A stretch of DNA of 64,000 nt from a virus, in IMG/VR virus record IMGVR_UViG_3300045988_092366; one strand, 5' to 3'. A program made the position numbers and the translations under genes. The notes under the pieces are model-generated. The model saw nothing but the letters and a program-made list of their open reading frames with translations, was not told where the DNA came from and ran no database searches. Shown here piece by piece: positions 44,975 through 54,308 of the stretch (positions are counted from its first letter, which is position 1; each line of letters starts with the position of its first letter).

Positions 44975-45355
44975 CTACCAATAGATAGTATACTTACTAA
45001 TCGTAATATCAATTCGGTCAACGCCACGGAAATAAGTTACTTGATAGTGTTCATTGCGTGTTACGTCATAGCCAAGAGACTCTTCAAGGGATGCAAATAC
45101 TTCCTTCTGTGGATTGGTGAAGTCTTTCTCTGCGGCAGGAACGATGCTACCGCTCTGAACGATTTCTTCGTAGAAGTCAGATACATGCGGATAGAAGTCT
45201 ACACTATTCTTACCATCATTGGCTGCTTTCTCAATATCTTTCATTACAATATTGAAATAATCATATTTTTGAACTTGCTTGAACCGCTCTTCCCTTTTCT
45301 TCTTTAGAGCTAAGTAACGCATGTCACGTGCTTTTTCTGCTGTAATTGGTTCCAT
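44975..45355 (-). CDS. Hypothetical protein (126 aa), first gene of the minus block
   Basis: Promoter TTGACA-17-TATAAT (tgtcaa at 45410-45415) with leader AAAAGAAAGGA. Confidence 0.5.
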   Translation of the reverse strand: MEPITAEKARDMRYLALKKKREERFKQVQKYDYFNIVMKDIEKAANDGKNSVDFYPHVSDFYEEIVQSGSIVPAAEKDFTNPQKEVFASLEESLGYDVTRNEHYQVTYFRGVDRIDITISKYTIYW

Positions 45356-45419
45356 GTAATATCCTTTCTTTTATGCATTGGCTATATTATAAACCATAGT
45401 TATAATATTTGTCAATAGT

Positions 45420-45830
45420 TTTTTAAAGATAATTTGAGTAAAAATTTTTTCTTGACAAAAGATTTGAAAATCATTATACTTTTTAACTGGGTTGTTAAGG
45501 GGTTTACCCCTTAAATATATATAATATAAATTATATTAGTTTATAATGTAATTAAATTAGTTTATATATTAGTTTATATGTATATATTGATTTTTATATA
45601 TATAAGAGATATTATATAATTGTTTTATATATAAGAGATATTATTATAAAGAAATTCCTGTGCTACGCACAGTAATTTCTATTAAAAGAAGAGAATAAAA
45701 GAATAAAGAAAAATAAACTACTTTACTACGTAAAGTAGTAAAAAGAAACAGGAAAAAGAGAAGAAAAAAGTTCTTGCGTGCGGCCAAAAATTCATGTATA
45801 ATGTAGCTATGAAAACAAGAGAAAGGATTT
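45420..45830. repeat. AT-rich divergent control region with direct repeats (tagtttata x3; tatataagagatattat x2; ctactttactacgtaaagtagtaaa palindrome)
   Basis: Lies between the first minus-strand and first plus-strand promoters; candidate origin of replication. Confidence 0.55.
45775..45804 (+). promoter_or_regulatory. Promoter TTGCGT-18-TATAAT for the RNA ligase gene; leader ACAAGAGAAAGGA
   Basis: ttcTTGCGTgcggccaaaaattcatgTATAATgtagc. Confidence 0.6.
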
Positions 45831-45834
45831 TATA

Positions 45835-46767
45835 ATGTCTCACTTCAATAAGTATGTGCATCTTGAGCGCTCGACTCGTGCAGAAGTCCAGAACTTCATC
45901 GGTCGTGACGTAATTTTGCAGCCTAAACTGGATGGTAGCAACGCTTCCATCTGGGTAGATGATGATGGAAATATCGCTTGCGGCAGCCGCACCCGTGAGA
46001 TTTCTGTTGATAATGATAATGCTGGTTTCACTGAGTACGTCACCAACACTGATGATGTTGAGGTCAAGGCACTAAAGAACTGGTTGCTTGACCATCCTAA
46101 TTATATCATTTATGGTGAGTGGCTTGGCGGTGTTGATGGCCGCAAGTTTACTGGTACTATCAAGACTTATCTTGAGGGCGGTTTCTTCATCTTTGATATT
46201 CTCAATACTGAGGATGGTGAGTATATTGATTATGATGTATGGTATCCAGTAGTCAGCAAGTTCTATCATCGTTGCGTTCCTGTCATTTGCCGCATCAATA
46301 ACATGACTTGGGATGATGTGAACAAGCATGTTGACGAGTGTACTTACAATCTTCCGAAAGGAACTATCGGAGAGGGCATCGTAATCAAGGCTTATCCTTG
46401 CGTGCGCGACCCGTGGGGTAATGTTCAAATTGCCAAGATTGTCCGTGACGAGTGGCATCAGGATAAGTCTAAGAAGAAGCCTGTCTACACGGGCACTGAC
46501 TCTTTGGAGAAGGAGTTTGTAGAGAAGTATTGCACCGATGCCTTTGTCGAGAAGGAGGTCAATAAGGTTCTTATCGCTCTTGATATGGACAAAATTGATT
46601 GTAAGAACGGCAAGTTCTTCGGCATGGCTATCAATAAGGTTCTTGACGAACTTATGGAAGAGAACTTCTGGGATTTCTTCAAGAAGAAGAAAGCTGCTTC
46701 TGTCAAACTGGCCGCAATCAAGGGTCTTACTCAAGCACGAGTACGCGAGTACATTCTTAACAACTAA
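45835..46767 (+). CDS. Rnl2-family ATP-dependent RNA ligase
   Basis: YVHLERSTRAEVQNFIGRDVILQPKLDGSNASIWVDDDGNIACGSRTREI parallels T4 Rnl2 Y..LEnhy...ewvarEKIHGTNfSliie.d.v.caKRTg; motif I KLDGS. Confidence 0.7.
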   Translation: MSHFNKYVHLERSTRAEVQNFIGRDVILQPKLDGSNASIWVDDDGNIACGSRTREISVDNDNAGFTEYVTNTDDVEVKALKNWLLDHPNYIIYGEWLGGVDGRKFTGTIKTYLEGGFFIFDILNTEDGEYIDYDVWYPVVSKFYHRCVPVICRINNMTWDDVNKHVDECTYNLPKGTIGEGIVIKAYPCVRDPWGNVQIAKIVRDEWHQDKSKKKPVYTGTDSLEKEFVEKYCTDAFVEKEVNKVLIALDMDKIDCKNGKFFGMAINKVLDELMEENFWDFFKKKKAASVKLAAIKGLTQARVREYILNN

Positions 46768-46772
46768 ATAAA

Positions 46773-46809
46773 ATTTTAAGTGGGCTGTCAAATTTTTCTT
46801 GACGGCTCA
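46773..46809 (+). terminator. Hairpin gtgggctgtcaa...ttgacggctcac plus T-run, overlapping the next promoter (TTGACG-17-TATAAT)
   Basis: Inverted repeat after the ligase stop. Confidence 0.5.
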
Positions 46810-46865
46810 CTTTTTATATGTTATAATTATGTCAAAAGAAAAAAGACATTCTCTAGGGAGATTTA

Positions 46866-47078
46866 ATGACACTCGAAGATGCAATCATTCAAGGCCGACC
46901 TGAATATAAGACTTTTGATTTGTTTGGTTTGGTAAATCAAGATGGATATACGCATTTTGTATGGCTTGGAAATGTTGACCAAGTATATGATTGCTATCAA
47001 GACCAAGAGATAGAAGCAATTAACAATTTTACTAAAGAAATTCGTTTAAAGCATATCATAGAAGAATTGGAGTATTAA
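46866..47078 (+). CDS. Small protein (70 aa)
   Basis: ORF with GGGAG RBS. Confidence 0.5.
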   Translation: MTLEDAIIQGRPEYKTFDLFGLVNQDGYTHFVWLGNVDQVYDCYQDQEIEAINNFTKEIRLKHIIEELEY

Positions 47079-47081
47079 ATT

Positions 47082-47285
47082 ATGTGGATGATTTACGGAA
47101 AGCGCACCAAGGAACCTTATATTGATAAGCAGTTCCGTATGCTTACAGCAAAAGGTATGCGCACAACTGATTCAAGCAAGGCAATGATGTTTGTCGAGAA
47201 GAAGGATGCCGAAGCATTTCTTGAGAAAGTCAAAGCTGGCAAGACTTATTATGACCCTATCTTTGAAATCCGCAAGGCTCGCTAA
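47082..47285 (+). CDS. Small protein (67 aa)
   Basis: ORF immediately after the previous stop. Confidence 0.5.
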   Translation: MWMIYGKRTKEPYIDKQFRMLTAKGMRTTDSSKAMMFVEKKDAEAFLEKVKAGKTYYDPIFEIRKAR

Positions 47286-47527
47286 TGTATACATATATTG
47301 GCGAAGACTGGGTATATAAAAATCTTGTGCCGCCAATGAATGTTGAATTGAAACATGGACAGCAATATGATATTCATATTGAATCTGATTCACAGATGAT
47401 ATATGTAAACGGTGTTCCTATAGTCACAGAGTCAGTAGAAGTAAGAGTAGTTCTGCCACCAGATTATCAAGCATGGATTCCATACAATCCAGCTAGATTT
47501 GTAAAAGACTGGCAACCAAGTGGATGA
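47285..47527 (+). CDS. Small protein (80 aa)
   Basis: ORF; 1-nt overlap with the previous stop. Confidence 0.5.
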   Translation: MYTYIGEDWVYKNLVPPMNVELKHGQQYDIHIESDSQMIYVNGVPIVTESVEVRVVLPPDYQAWIPYNPARFVKDWQPSG

Positions 47528-47852
47528 TTATACAATCGTTAGCCTATATTGCCATGAGTGCGATAATGATTCATGCCCATTGTGCCGCATAGGTGAATAT
47601 GTTCCAGAAGAATCTAGGCAAGGATGCACTAGAAAATTAGACAATGATACATATGCTGAATATGAGCATATAAATAATGAGATTCTACCCTTTCTTTCTT
47701 TTGGTATGTACAAAAATGAGACTGAAAGGGTAGACGAATTTTTAAAATATGTCTATAAAAGATGTCCTATCGGTACAGTTTTAGATGAAAAAGGCAAGGC
47801 CATCGGCACTAAAAAGAAAATAATTGACAAATGCAACTCTGAAATGATATAA
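47520..47852 (+). CDS. Zn-ribbon protein (CHECDNDSCPLC)
   Basis: ORF with a CxxC...CxxC motif. Confidence 0.5.
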   Translation: MDDYTIVSLYCHECDNDSCPLCRIGEYVPEESRQGCTRKLDNDTYAEYEHINNEILPFLSFGMYKNETERVDEFLKYVYKRCPIGTVLDEKGKAIGTKKKIIDKCNSEMI

Positions 47853-47879
47853 TATAGTGGAACGAAGAAAGGAAACTAT

Positions 47880-48668
47880 ATGAATAAATCAGAGATGTTT
47901 AATTTTCTTGACAATAGGTTTCGTAATTGTAATCCTGAGTTCTTAAAATTGTCTCAGGTATATTTTGAAGATGCCGTTGAAGATACTTTTTATAATTTTA
48001 TTAAGCAAATTGGCAATACTATTGGTGCTGATTGGGTTAATGGTGGTTGTTCTAAATCTGTATTTCATTTTAAAGAGTTTAACAACTATGTGTTTAAGAT
48101 TCCTTATATTGGATTTTTTCATATTGAGGATGAAGATAATCAATATTTTAAAGACTGTGCTGAGCAAGAGCGTGTGCCTACGTATTTCTGCTTTGATGAT
48201 GTAGTCCTTTATAAAAATGCAAATAATGATGGTGCATATCCAGTAGATGCAAATGACTATTGTGCGGTTGAAGAATATATTTATCGTATTGCCCGCAAGT
48301 ATAATGTTAATCAGATGTTTACTAAGACTGCTTTTTTAGGTTTTATATGCGGCGTTCCGGTGTATGTTTCTTCTTGCGCTGGGAAAACATATAGTCGTAA
48401 AAAGAGCAATTGCCGCAAGACGGATAAAATTGCAAAGGCAATGATTGATAAAAGCTGCAAAGAGCACAAAGATAGCTATAGTGAATTTTATACTACAGAG
48501 TGTGGCGTTTTCATTGAAACGTATGGTCGCAGGGCAACTCAACGCTTTATTGATTTTCTTTATAAAGAAAAGATTTCAGACTTGCATACTGGCAACTATG
48601 GTTATGATGCTCTTGGCAATTTGAAAATCATTGACTACTCTGGTTTCCATGACCTAGATGTTTTCTAA
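47880..48668 (+). CDS. Putative atypical (ePK-like) protein kinase
   Basis: Gly-rich loop GGCSKSVFHF; VFKIP (VAIK-like Lys); HTGNYGYDALGN (catalytic-loop-like); KIIDYSGF (DFG-like). Confidence 0.35.
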   Translation: MNKSEMFNFLDNRFRNCNPEFLKLSQVYFEDAVEDTFYNFIKQIGNTIGADWVNGGCSKSVFHFKEFNNYVFKIPYIGFFHIEDEDNQYFKDCAEQERVPTYFCFDDVVLYKNANNDGAYPVDANDYCAVEEYIYRIARKYNVNQMFTKTAFLGFICGVPVYVSSCAGKTYSRKKSNCRKTDKIAKAMIDKSCKEHKDSYSEFYTTECGVFIETYGRRATQRFIDFLYKEKISDLHTGNYGYDALGNLKIIDYSGFHDLDVF

Positions 48669-48676
48669 AATTTTAC

Positions 48677-48706
48677 TTGACAAGTCATATAAACAGATGT
48701 TATAAT
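48677..48706 (+). promoter_or_regulatory. Promoter TTGACA-18-tgtTATAAT; leader TTCCAAGAGAAAGTGA
   Basis: acTTGACAagtcatataaacagatgtTATAATatagg. Confidence 0.65.
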
Positions 48707-48743
48707 ATAGGAAAGTTTTCCTTCCAAGAGAAAGTGATAAAAT

Positions 48744-50204
48744 ATGTCTAAGTTTAATGAAAAGGTTAAGCCCGAGCGTTCTATGTCATACGAGGGCGGC
48801 GAGAATTACAAGAAGGATGTACTTGAGGATTGGATGAATTTCCTGTTCTCTAGCAAGATGGACGATGGTTTCTACGAGAATGCCGACACGCAGCAGACTC
48901 GTTTCATCGAACTTACGAATCTTGTAATTGATAAGTATGGCGCTGAGTTCGCTGGTAAGTGTGCCATGTTTGCACGAAACCAACTTGGTATGCGTAGTGT
49001 CTCGCAGCTTGTTGCGGCTATGCTGAATGGTCAGAGCTTTGAGCGCAAGCGCGATTTCTATAAGGCTTTCTGTCATCGTCCTGATGATATGTCTGAGATT
49101 TTCGCAGCTGTTGACATGCTTGGTGGCAAGCGTTCTCATTCTATGATTCGTGGTTTTGCAGATTATATGTCTGGTCTTTCTGAGTACAATCTTATGAAGT
49201 ATCAGATGAAGGGCAAGCGCTATAACATGTATGACCTTATCAATATCATTCATCCCAAGAGTGGCATTGTTGATGGTTACATGAATGGTAAGCTAGAAGC
49301 TGCTGATACTTGGGAAGTCAATATCTCCACTGGCAAGGATAGTTGGAAGAATATGGTTGAGGGTAATCGTCTCGGTTATCTCGCTCTTATCCGTAATCTC
49401 AACAACATTCTCGCAGAGGACGTTGACGATGAATGGATTAAGCGTAATCTTGTAGACCAGCTTATTAACGAGGTTTCTATCAAGAAGTCTCTTGTATTTC
49501 CTTATCAGATTTATATCGCTTATCGTAATTTAAATGTTCAGAATTTTGCGGTCATCACTGCACTTGATACTGCTTTCCGCATTGCTTGCGGAAACATGCC
49601 AAAGTTGGAAGGTAATTCTGTTATCATGCTTGATGTCTCCGGTTCGATGGAAGACCGCTATGGTAATAAGTCCAATCTCACCATCAAGGAAGTTGGCGCT
49701 TGCTATGCTGCGGCTCTTTACATTAACGGTAATTGCGACTTTGTAAAGTTCGGCAATCGTGCTAAGTCTGCAACTTTCAAGAAGGCTTGCGGCCCATTCC
49801 AAGTAATTCGTGAAATGTGTGAGAACGATAATTGCGGTTATGGAACTGACATTGCTCCTGCTTTCGGTCTTATCAGTGACAAGAAATACGACCGCATCTT
49901 CGTTGTCTCTGATATGCAGGTGATGGCAAGACAGTATACTTATTGGGGAGATAGCACTGACGGTATGTGCAACTATAATAATTATTGTGCTGTACATGGC
50001 CGCACAATTCTTTATAGTTTCGACCTCGGCAACTATGCTGACCAAATTGCTAATCCAGGTAATCCTGACGTCCACCTCATGACAGCTCTGAACGATAACG
50101 TCTTCAAGATGCTTGAATACGTAGAGAATGGCGGCAAGCTGTACGACTACATCAATGATAACTACCATTTCTACGCCAACGATAACGATAACTACCTCTT
50201 CTAA
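48744..50204 (+). CDS. Ro60/TROVE-domain protein with C-terminal vWA domain (Rsr-like)
   Basis: C-terminal MIDAS motif VIMLDVSGSMEDRYG and FVVSDMQ; N-terminal 300 aa have TROVE-like length and composition. Architecture matches bacterial Rsr. Confidence 0.65.
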   Translation: MSKFNEKVKPERSMSYEGGENYKKDVLEDWMNFLFSSKMDDGFYENADTQQTRFIELTNLVIDKYGAEFAGKCAMFARNQLGMRSVSQLVAAMLNGQSFERKRDFYKAFCHRPDDMSEIFAAVDMLGGKRSHSMIRGFADYMSGLSEYNLMKYQMKGKRYNMYDLINIIHPKSGIVDGYMNGKLEAADTWEVNISTGKDSWKNMVEGNRLGYLALIRNLNNILAEDVDDEWIKRNLVDQLINEVSIKKSLVFPYQIYIAYRNLNVQNFAVITALDTAFRIACGNMPKLEGNSVIMLDVSGSMEDRYGNKSNLTIKEVGACYAAALYINGNCDFVKFGNRAKSATFKKACGPFQVIREMCENDNCGYGTDIAPAFGLISDKKYDRIFVVSDMQVMARQYTYWGDSTDGMCNYNNYCAVHGRTILYSFDLGNYADQIANPGNPDVHLMTALNDNVFKMLEYVENGGKLYDYINDNYHFYANDNDNYLF

Positions 50205-50220
50205 TTTTCTTTCTTTTGGT

Positions 50221-50248
50221 AAAGGCACCCTCATGGGTGCCTTTTTTG
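50221..50248 (+). terminator. Rho-independent terminator aaaggcaccctcatgggtgccttttttg
   Basis: 9-bp stem plus T6. Confidence 0.75.
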
Positions 50249-50249
50249 T

Positions 50250-50279
50250 ATTGACACTGGTAAATAAATCTGTTATAAT
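50250..50279 (+). promoter_or_regulatory. Promoter TTGACA-18-tgtTATAAT
   Basis: aTTGACActggtaaataaatctgtTATAATa. Confidence 0.65.
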
Positions 50280-50304
50280 ACATATATAGAGAAAGGAAAT
50301 AGAA

Positions 50305-51156
50305 ATGGCAGAAAATGTAAATAAAATTCAGAATAGGGTTGAAGAGCATCTTGGCGCTATTATTGCCACAGGCAAGTATTGGCAGTATCCATATCTTGTA
50401 TGCGCAGCCAATGGTTCCATGAATTATAATCTATGGGACGAAGAATCTGATGTTGATACCAAGTTGCTTATGATTCCAACAGCATATGATTTGTTCTTGG
50501 ATAAGAAGCATCTTAATAAAGTCGAGATTATGGACAATGACGAGCATTGTACAGTTAAAGATTTTCGAGACTATTTTAAGATTCTCCATAAGGCAAATAT
50601 TAACTTCTTGGAAATTCTTTGCACTGAGTATTATGTTGTTAATCCTAAGTATAAGATTTACTGGGAATATCTTCGTAAACATTGTGATGATATTGCCAAT
50701 CTTAATCCGCAGAAATTAATTTTTTCTTCTCTTGGAATGGCTATGGAAAAGGCAAAGAAGATTTGCCATGATTCTCCTGCAAACCATGAACTGATTGAAA
50801 AGTATGGGTATGTGGCGAAGGAATTGCAACATATCATGCGACTGTATCTGTTTGTCAAGCGTTATCTTATTGATGGAGCGTCATTCTCAGAAGCTATCTG
50901 GATTGATGAACGTAATTCTTTAGGTAAAGAGAACCTATATCGTGATGAAATGATGGCTATTAAACGTTATGGTATTATATATTCGTCAGAAGATGCAAAG
51001 GCAAAGGCAGAACACTATGTAATGAAAATGGACGAGCTTATTGAGAATAATTCTAAGTTTATTCCTGAGCCGTCTAAGGATGCGGTAGATGCACTTGAAT
51101 CAACTCAGTTTGCTATCATGAATTCTTATATGTCCGCAGCCTATAATAAACGATAA
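50305..51156 (+). CDS. Pol-beta-superfamily nucleotidyltransferase
   Basis: Gx9-13-D-x-D/E pattern in CAANGSMNYNLWDEESDVDTKLL; 283 aa. Confidence 0.5.
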   Translation: MAENVNKIQNRVEEHLGAIIATGKYWQYPYLVCAANGSMNYNLWDEESDVDTKLLMIPTAYDLFLDKKHLNKVEIMDNDEHCTVKDFRDYFKILHKANINFLEILCTEYYVVNPKYKIYWEYLRKHCDDIANLNPQKLIFSSLGMAMEKAKKICHDSPANHELIEKYGYVAKELQHIMRLYLFVKRYLIDGASFSEAIWIDERNSLGKENLYRDEMMAIKRYGIIYSSEDAKAKAEHYVMKMDELIENNSKFIPEPSKDAVDALESTQFAIMNSYMSAAYNKR

Positions 51157-51167
51157 GGAGAAAACAA

Positions 51168-51578
51168 ATGGCGCATTGTCAGCTTACAGATTGCTATTGG
51201 AATGAGGAAACTAAGGTAGCATCGGTTACTATTACTTCACAGTGGGGTAAATTCGTTGAATACGCTAAGCCGCATGATGAAGATATGGACGTTGCTAATA
51301 AGTGGATTGGTTGGAGCATTGCCGAATACAAGTGCCGCATGAAGCTACAGCAGAAGCGTGCGGCAGCTATGCGTGAACGTTATAATGGTCTTGTGGCTTA
51401 TGAGGACCAACTTTGGTATTCATTTAAGTACAATGATGCACTTCGCTATGCTAAAAAGGATTGGTATGATGCTCGTGACAAGTATCATGCTTTAAAGAAT
51501 AATTTCCGCACGTTCTGCAAAGACCAAGTGGAAAGCCGTAGAAAGTTCTTAGAGGACTTAGAGAAAAAGGGACTGTAG
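51168..51578 (+). CDS. Hypothetical protein (136 aa)
   Basis: ORF with GGAGAAAAC RBS. Confidence 0.5.
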   Translation: MAHCQLTDCYWNEETKVASVTITSQWGKFVEYAKPHDEDMDVANKWIGWSIAEYKCRMKLQQKRAAAMRERYNGLVAYEDQLWYSFKYNDALRYAKKDWYDARDKYHALKNNFRTFCKDQVESRRKFLEDLEKKGL

Positions 51579-51621
51579 TTTATGATGGGTGTCGATTGCT
51601 ATAATCGGCATCCATTTTTTG

Positions 51622-51651
51622 TTGACAACTGAAAATGAAAATGATATAATA
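51622..51651 (+). promoter_or_regulatory. Promoter TTGACA-18-TATAAT
   Basis: gTTGACAactgaaaatgaaaatgaTATAATatc. Confidence 0.65.
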
Positions 51652-51673
51652 TCTATAAAAGAAAGGAGGACTT

Positions 51674-52474
51674 TTGAGTAAAATTAAAACTGTAAAAGGT
51701 TCCTATATAGAAGATATTACAGGCCAAACTTTTAACAGACTAACAGTCATTGGATTAACTGATAAACAAAATAGTGATAATCGTTGGCTTTGGAAATGTC
51801 AATGCTCTTGTGAAAAACATAGTATTGTATATACTTCTATGCACCACCTTAAGTCTGGAAATACAAAATCTTGTGGATGTTTAAAATCTGAAAAGTGTGC
51901 CCAAAGAAATCATGACAATACTTTAGATTTAACAAATACAAAGATTGGTATGTTAACGCCAATTAAATTGCTTAAAACTCCAGATGGAGAACAAAAAAGA
52001 TGGCTATGTAAATGTGATTGTGGAAATTATGTTGAAGTTTTATTAGGAGAACTTCGTAGAGATAATTATGGCAATGATTCAAGACACTCACAGTTAAGTT
52101 GTGGATGTATGAAAAGGTCTGCTGGCGAAGAATTGATTATACAATATCTTGATAAACATAATATTAAATATGAACCAGAAAAATATTTTTCTGGTTGTAT
52201 TAATCCTAAAACAAACGGTCGTTTGCGTTTTGATTTTTATCTTCCAGATTATAATTTATGCATCGAATTTGATGGTGAACAACATTTTAAAACTGGTAAA
52301 TGGGCTTGGACAAAAGAAATTAAAGCGGAGGACATTCATTATAGAGATAATTTAAAAAATCAATTTTGTGAAGACAACAATATTAACCTATTAAGAATTC
52401 CATATACTGATTATGGCAAACTAAATAAAAATGATGATTATTTAATGAGGAAAATTAATGAAGCAACATCGTGA
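51674..52474 (+). CDS. Putative endonuclease: Cys-repeat Zn fingers plus C-terminal Vsr/DUF559-like PD-(D/E)XK domain (TTG start)
   Basis: CQCSCEKH...CGCLKSEKC and CKCDCGNY...LSCGC, then RLRFDFYLPDYNLCIEFDGEQHF. RBS GGAGGA lies 5 nt before the TTG. Sits upstream of the topoisomerase II genes. Confidence 0.5.
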   Translation: MSKIKTVKGSYIEDITGQTFNRLTVIGLTDKQNSDNRWLWKCQCSCEKHSIVYTSMHHLKSGNTKSCGCLKSEKCAQRNHDNTLDLTNTKIGMLTPIKLLKTPDGEQKRWLCKCDCGNYVEVLLGELRRDNYGNDSRHSQLSCGCMKRSAGEELIIQYLDKHNIKYEPEKYFSGCINPKTNGRLRFDFYLPDYNLCIEFDGEQHFKTGKWAWTKEIKAEDIHYRDNLKNQFCEDNNINLLRIPYTDYGKLNKNDDYLMRKINEATS

Positions 52475-54308
52475 AATTGAATCCTTATCTCCATTAGAGC
52501 ATGTAAGATTACGTAGTGATGTATATGCGGGAGACTGCTCTGATGCAACTCAATTGATTATTGAGATTTTAGGTAATTCTATTGATGAATATAATATTGG
52601 ATATGGCAAAGAAATTATCGTTAAAGTTGATAATATAAATCATATCTATTCAGTAGAAGATTACGGTCGAGGTTTCCCTGTCAATGAGCTTAGGGAAGAT
52701 GGTGAAACCACTCTTCAAGCTAGTTTTGACGTTCTAAATACCAGTGGTAAGTTTAGGAATGATGGCAGCTATGCTGGTGTAAGTCTTGGCAAAAATGGCC
52801 AGGGTGGTAAACTCACCAACTTTCTTTCACATTCTATGGAAGTATATAGTTGTCGCAATCATAATTATGAATTTGTTCAGTTCAAAGAGGGTGTTTTTCA
52901 AGAGAGAAAGTTAGGTAAAAGTACAAAAGAACATGGCACGACTGTTACTTTCAATCCTAGTGAAGAGTTTTTCGATTCTCCTGCTATCAATGAATCTAAA
53001 GTAAAACAGTTTTGCAATGAAATTACTTGTTTATGCCACGGTCTAATCATTGATTATAATGGTCAAAAGATTTTTCATGAAAATGGAATCGCAGATTTAT
53101 TGAGCAGTCAAGTTAAAGATAATATTGAGATTGTTTCAAATCGTTTCATTGAAGAGTTTACCTATGGTAAACAAGGCATGAGCGTTGGACTAACGTATAC
53201 TAGCTCTTCTTCTTCAAGTATTATTTCATACGTCAATTGCGGTTTAACTAGTGCTGGCCCACATATAGCTTCTATGAAGTCTACAATTACCCGTATTCTA
53301 AATAAGTGGGCTAAAGAGAATAATCTTCTGGGTGATAAAGATAAAAATCTAGATGGTGTTTCTTTACAAGAAGGTTTAATTTTAGTTTCTAATATTACTG
53401 CGGAGAATGTAAAATATGAAGCGCAAGTAAAAAGTACAGTTACTAAAATTGATACTGATTTCACTTCTATTTTTGGACAGCAGCTAGAAGTATGGCTAGA
53501 TAGCAACCCAGAAGATGCAAAGGCTATTCTTGAAAAGGCTATCCTTGCGCGAAAAGCAGCAGAAGCAGCTAAACGTGCGCGTGCGGCAGTTAAGAATAAT
53601 AAAAAGCGTGGTAATAAGGTTAAGATTCTTAATCCAGATAAGCTCAAAGATGCTGAATTCCTTGGCCAAGATTCTACTCTTCTCGTAGTAGAAGGACTGT
53701 CAGCTGGAGCTTCGATGTGTGTTGCACGTGAAATTGACAAATATGGAATTTTAATGCTGCGCGGCAAGCTAATCAACGCACTTGCAAATAAAGATGATAG
53801 ACTATTAAAGAACGAAGAGATTCAATTACTTTTTAAGGCACTTGGTATTAAACCACATGAAGATTATGAAGAGACAAATTTAAGATACGGCAGGATTGGC
53901 ATATGCGTTGACTCCGATAGTGACGGTTACCACATCGGATTGCTTATTGCATCAGCTCTAGAACACTTCTGTCCTAAGTTTATTCAAGAGAATAGACTAT
54001 GTTGGTTACGCTCACCTCTCTATATTGTCAAAGGTAAAGATAAGGAACAATATTACTTTACAGACCAAGAAATGGACGCAGCTAGACCAAACCTTCCAGC
54101 AGGAGTAGAGGTACAACGTTGTAAGGGACTCGGTTCGCTATCTGCAAGTCAAGCACGTAATTCTATGTTTGGCGCGAATCAGCATATGGATGTTCTTATT
54201 CCAACAGACAAAACAAAGAATAAACTTATAACTCTTATGGGTTCAAATGCAGATGGCCGCAAAGATTTTATTTTCAATAATATTGACTTTAGTGAGGTGA
54301 AAGAGTAA
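52458..54308 (+). CDS. Topoisomerase II ATPase/TOPRIM subunit (GyrB/ParE-like, T4 gp39-type)
   Basis: GHKL N-box EILGNSIDE, G1 box EDYGRGFPV, TOPRIM LLVVEGLSAGAS, MLRGKLINA. Confidence 0.8.
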   Translation: MKQHREIESLSPLEHVRLRSDVYAGDCSDATQLIIEILGNSIDEYNIGYGKEIIVKVDNINHIYSVEDYGRGFPVNELREDGETTLQASFDVLNTSGKFRNDGSYAGVSLGKNGQGGKLTNFLSHSMEVYSCRNHNYEFVQFKEGVFQERKLGKSTKEHGTTVTFNPSEEFFDSPAINESKVKQFCNEITCLCHGLIIDYNGQKIFHENGIADLLSSQVKDNIEIVSNRFIEEFTYGKQGMSVGLTYTSSSSSSIISYVNCGLTSAGPHIASMKSTITRILNKWAKENNLLGDKDKNLDGVSLQEGLILVSNITAENVKYEAQVKSTVTKIDTDFTSIFGQQLEVWLDSNPEDAKAILEKAILARKAAEAAKRARAAVKNNKKRGNKVKILNPDKLKDAEFLGQDSTLLVVEGLSAGASMCVAREIDKYGILMLRGKLINALANKDDRLLKNEEIQLLFKALGIKPHEDYEETNLRYGRIGICVDSDSDGYHIGLLIASALEHFCPKFIQENRLCWLRSPLYIVKGKDKEQYYFTDQEMDAARPNLPAGVEVQRCKGLGSLSASQARNSMFGANQHMDVLIPTDKTKNKLITLMGSNADGRKDFIFNNIDFSEVKE

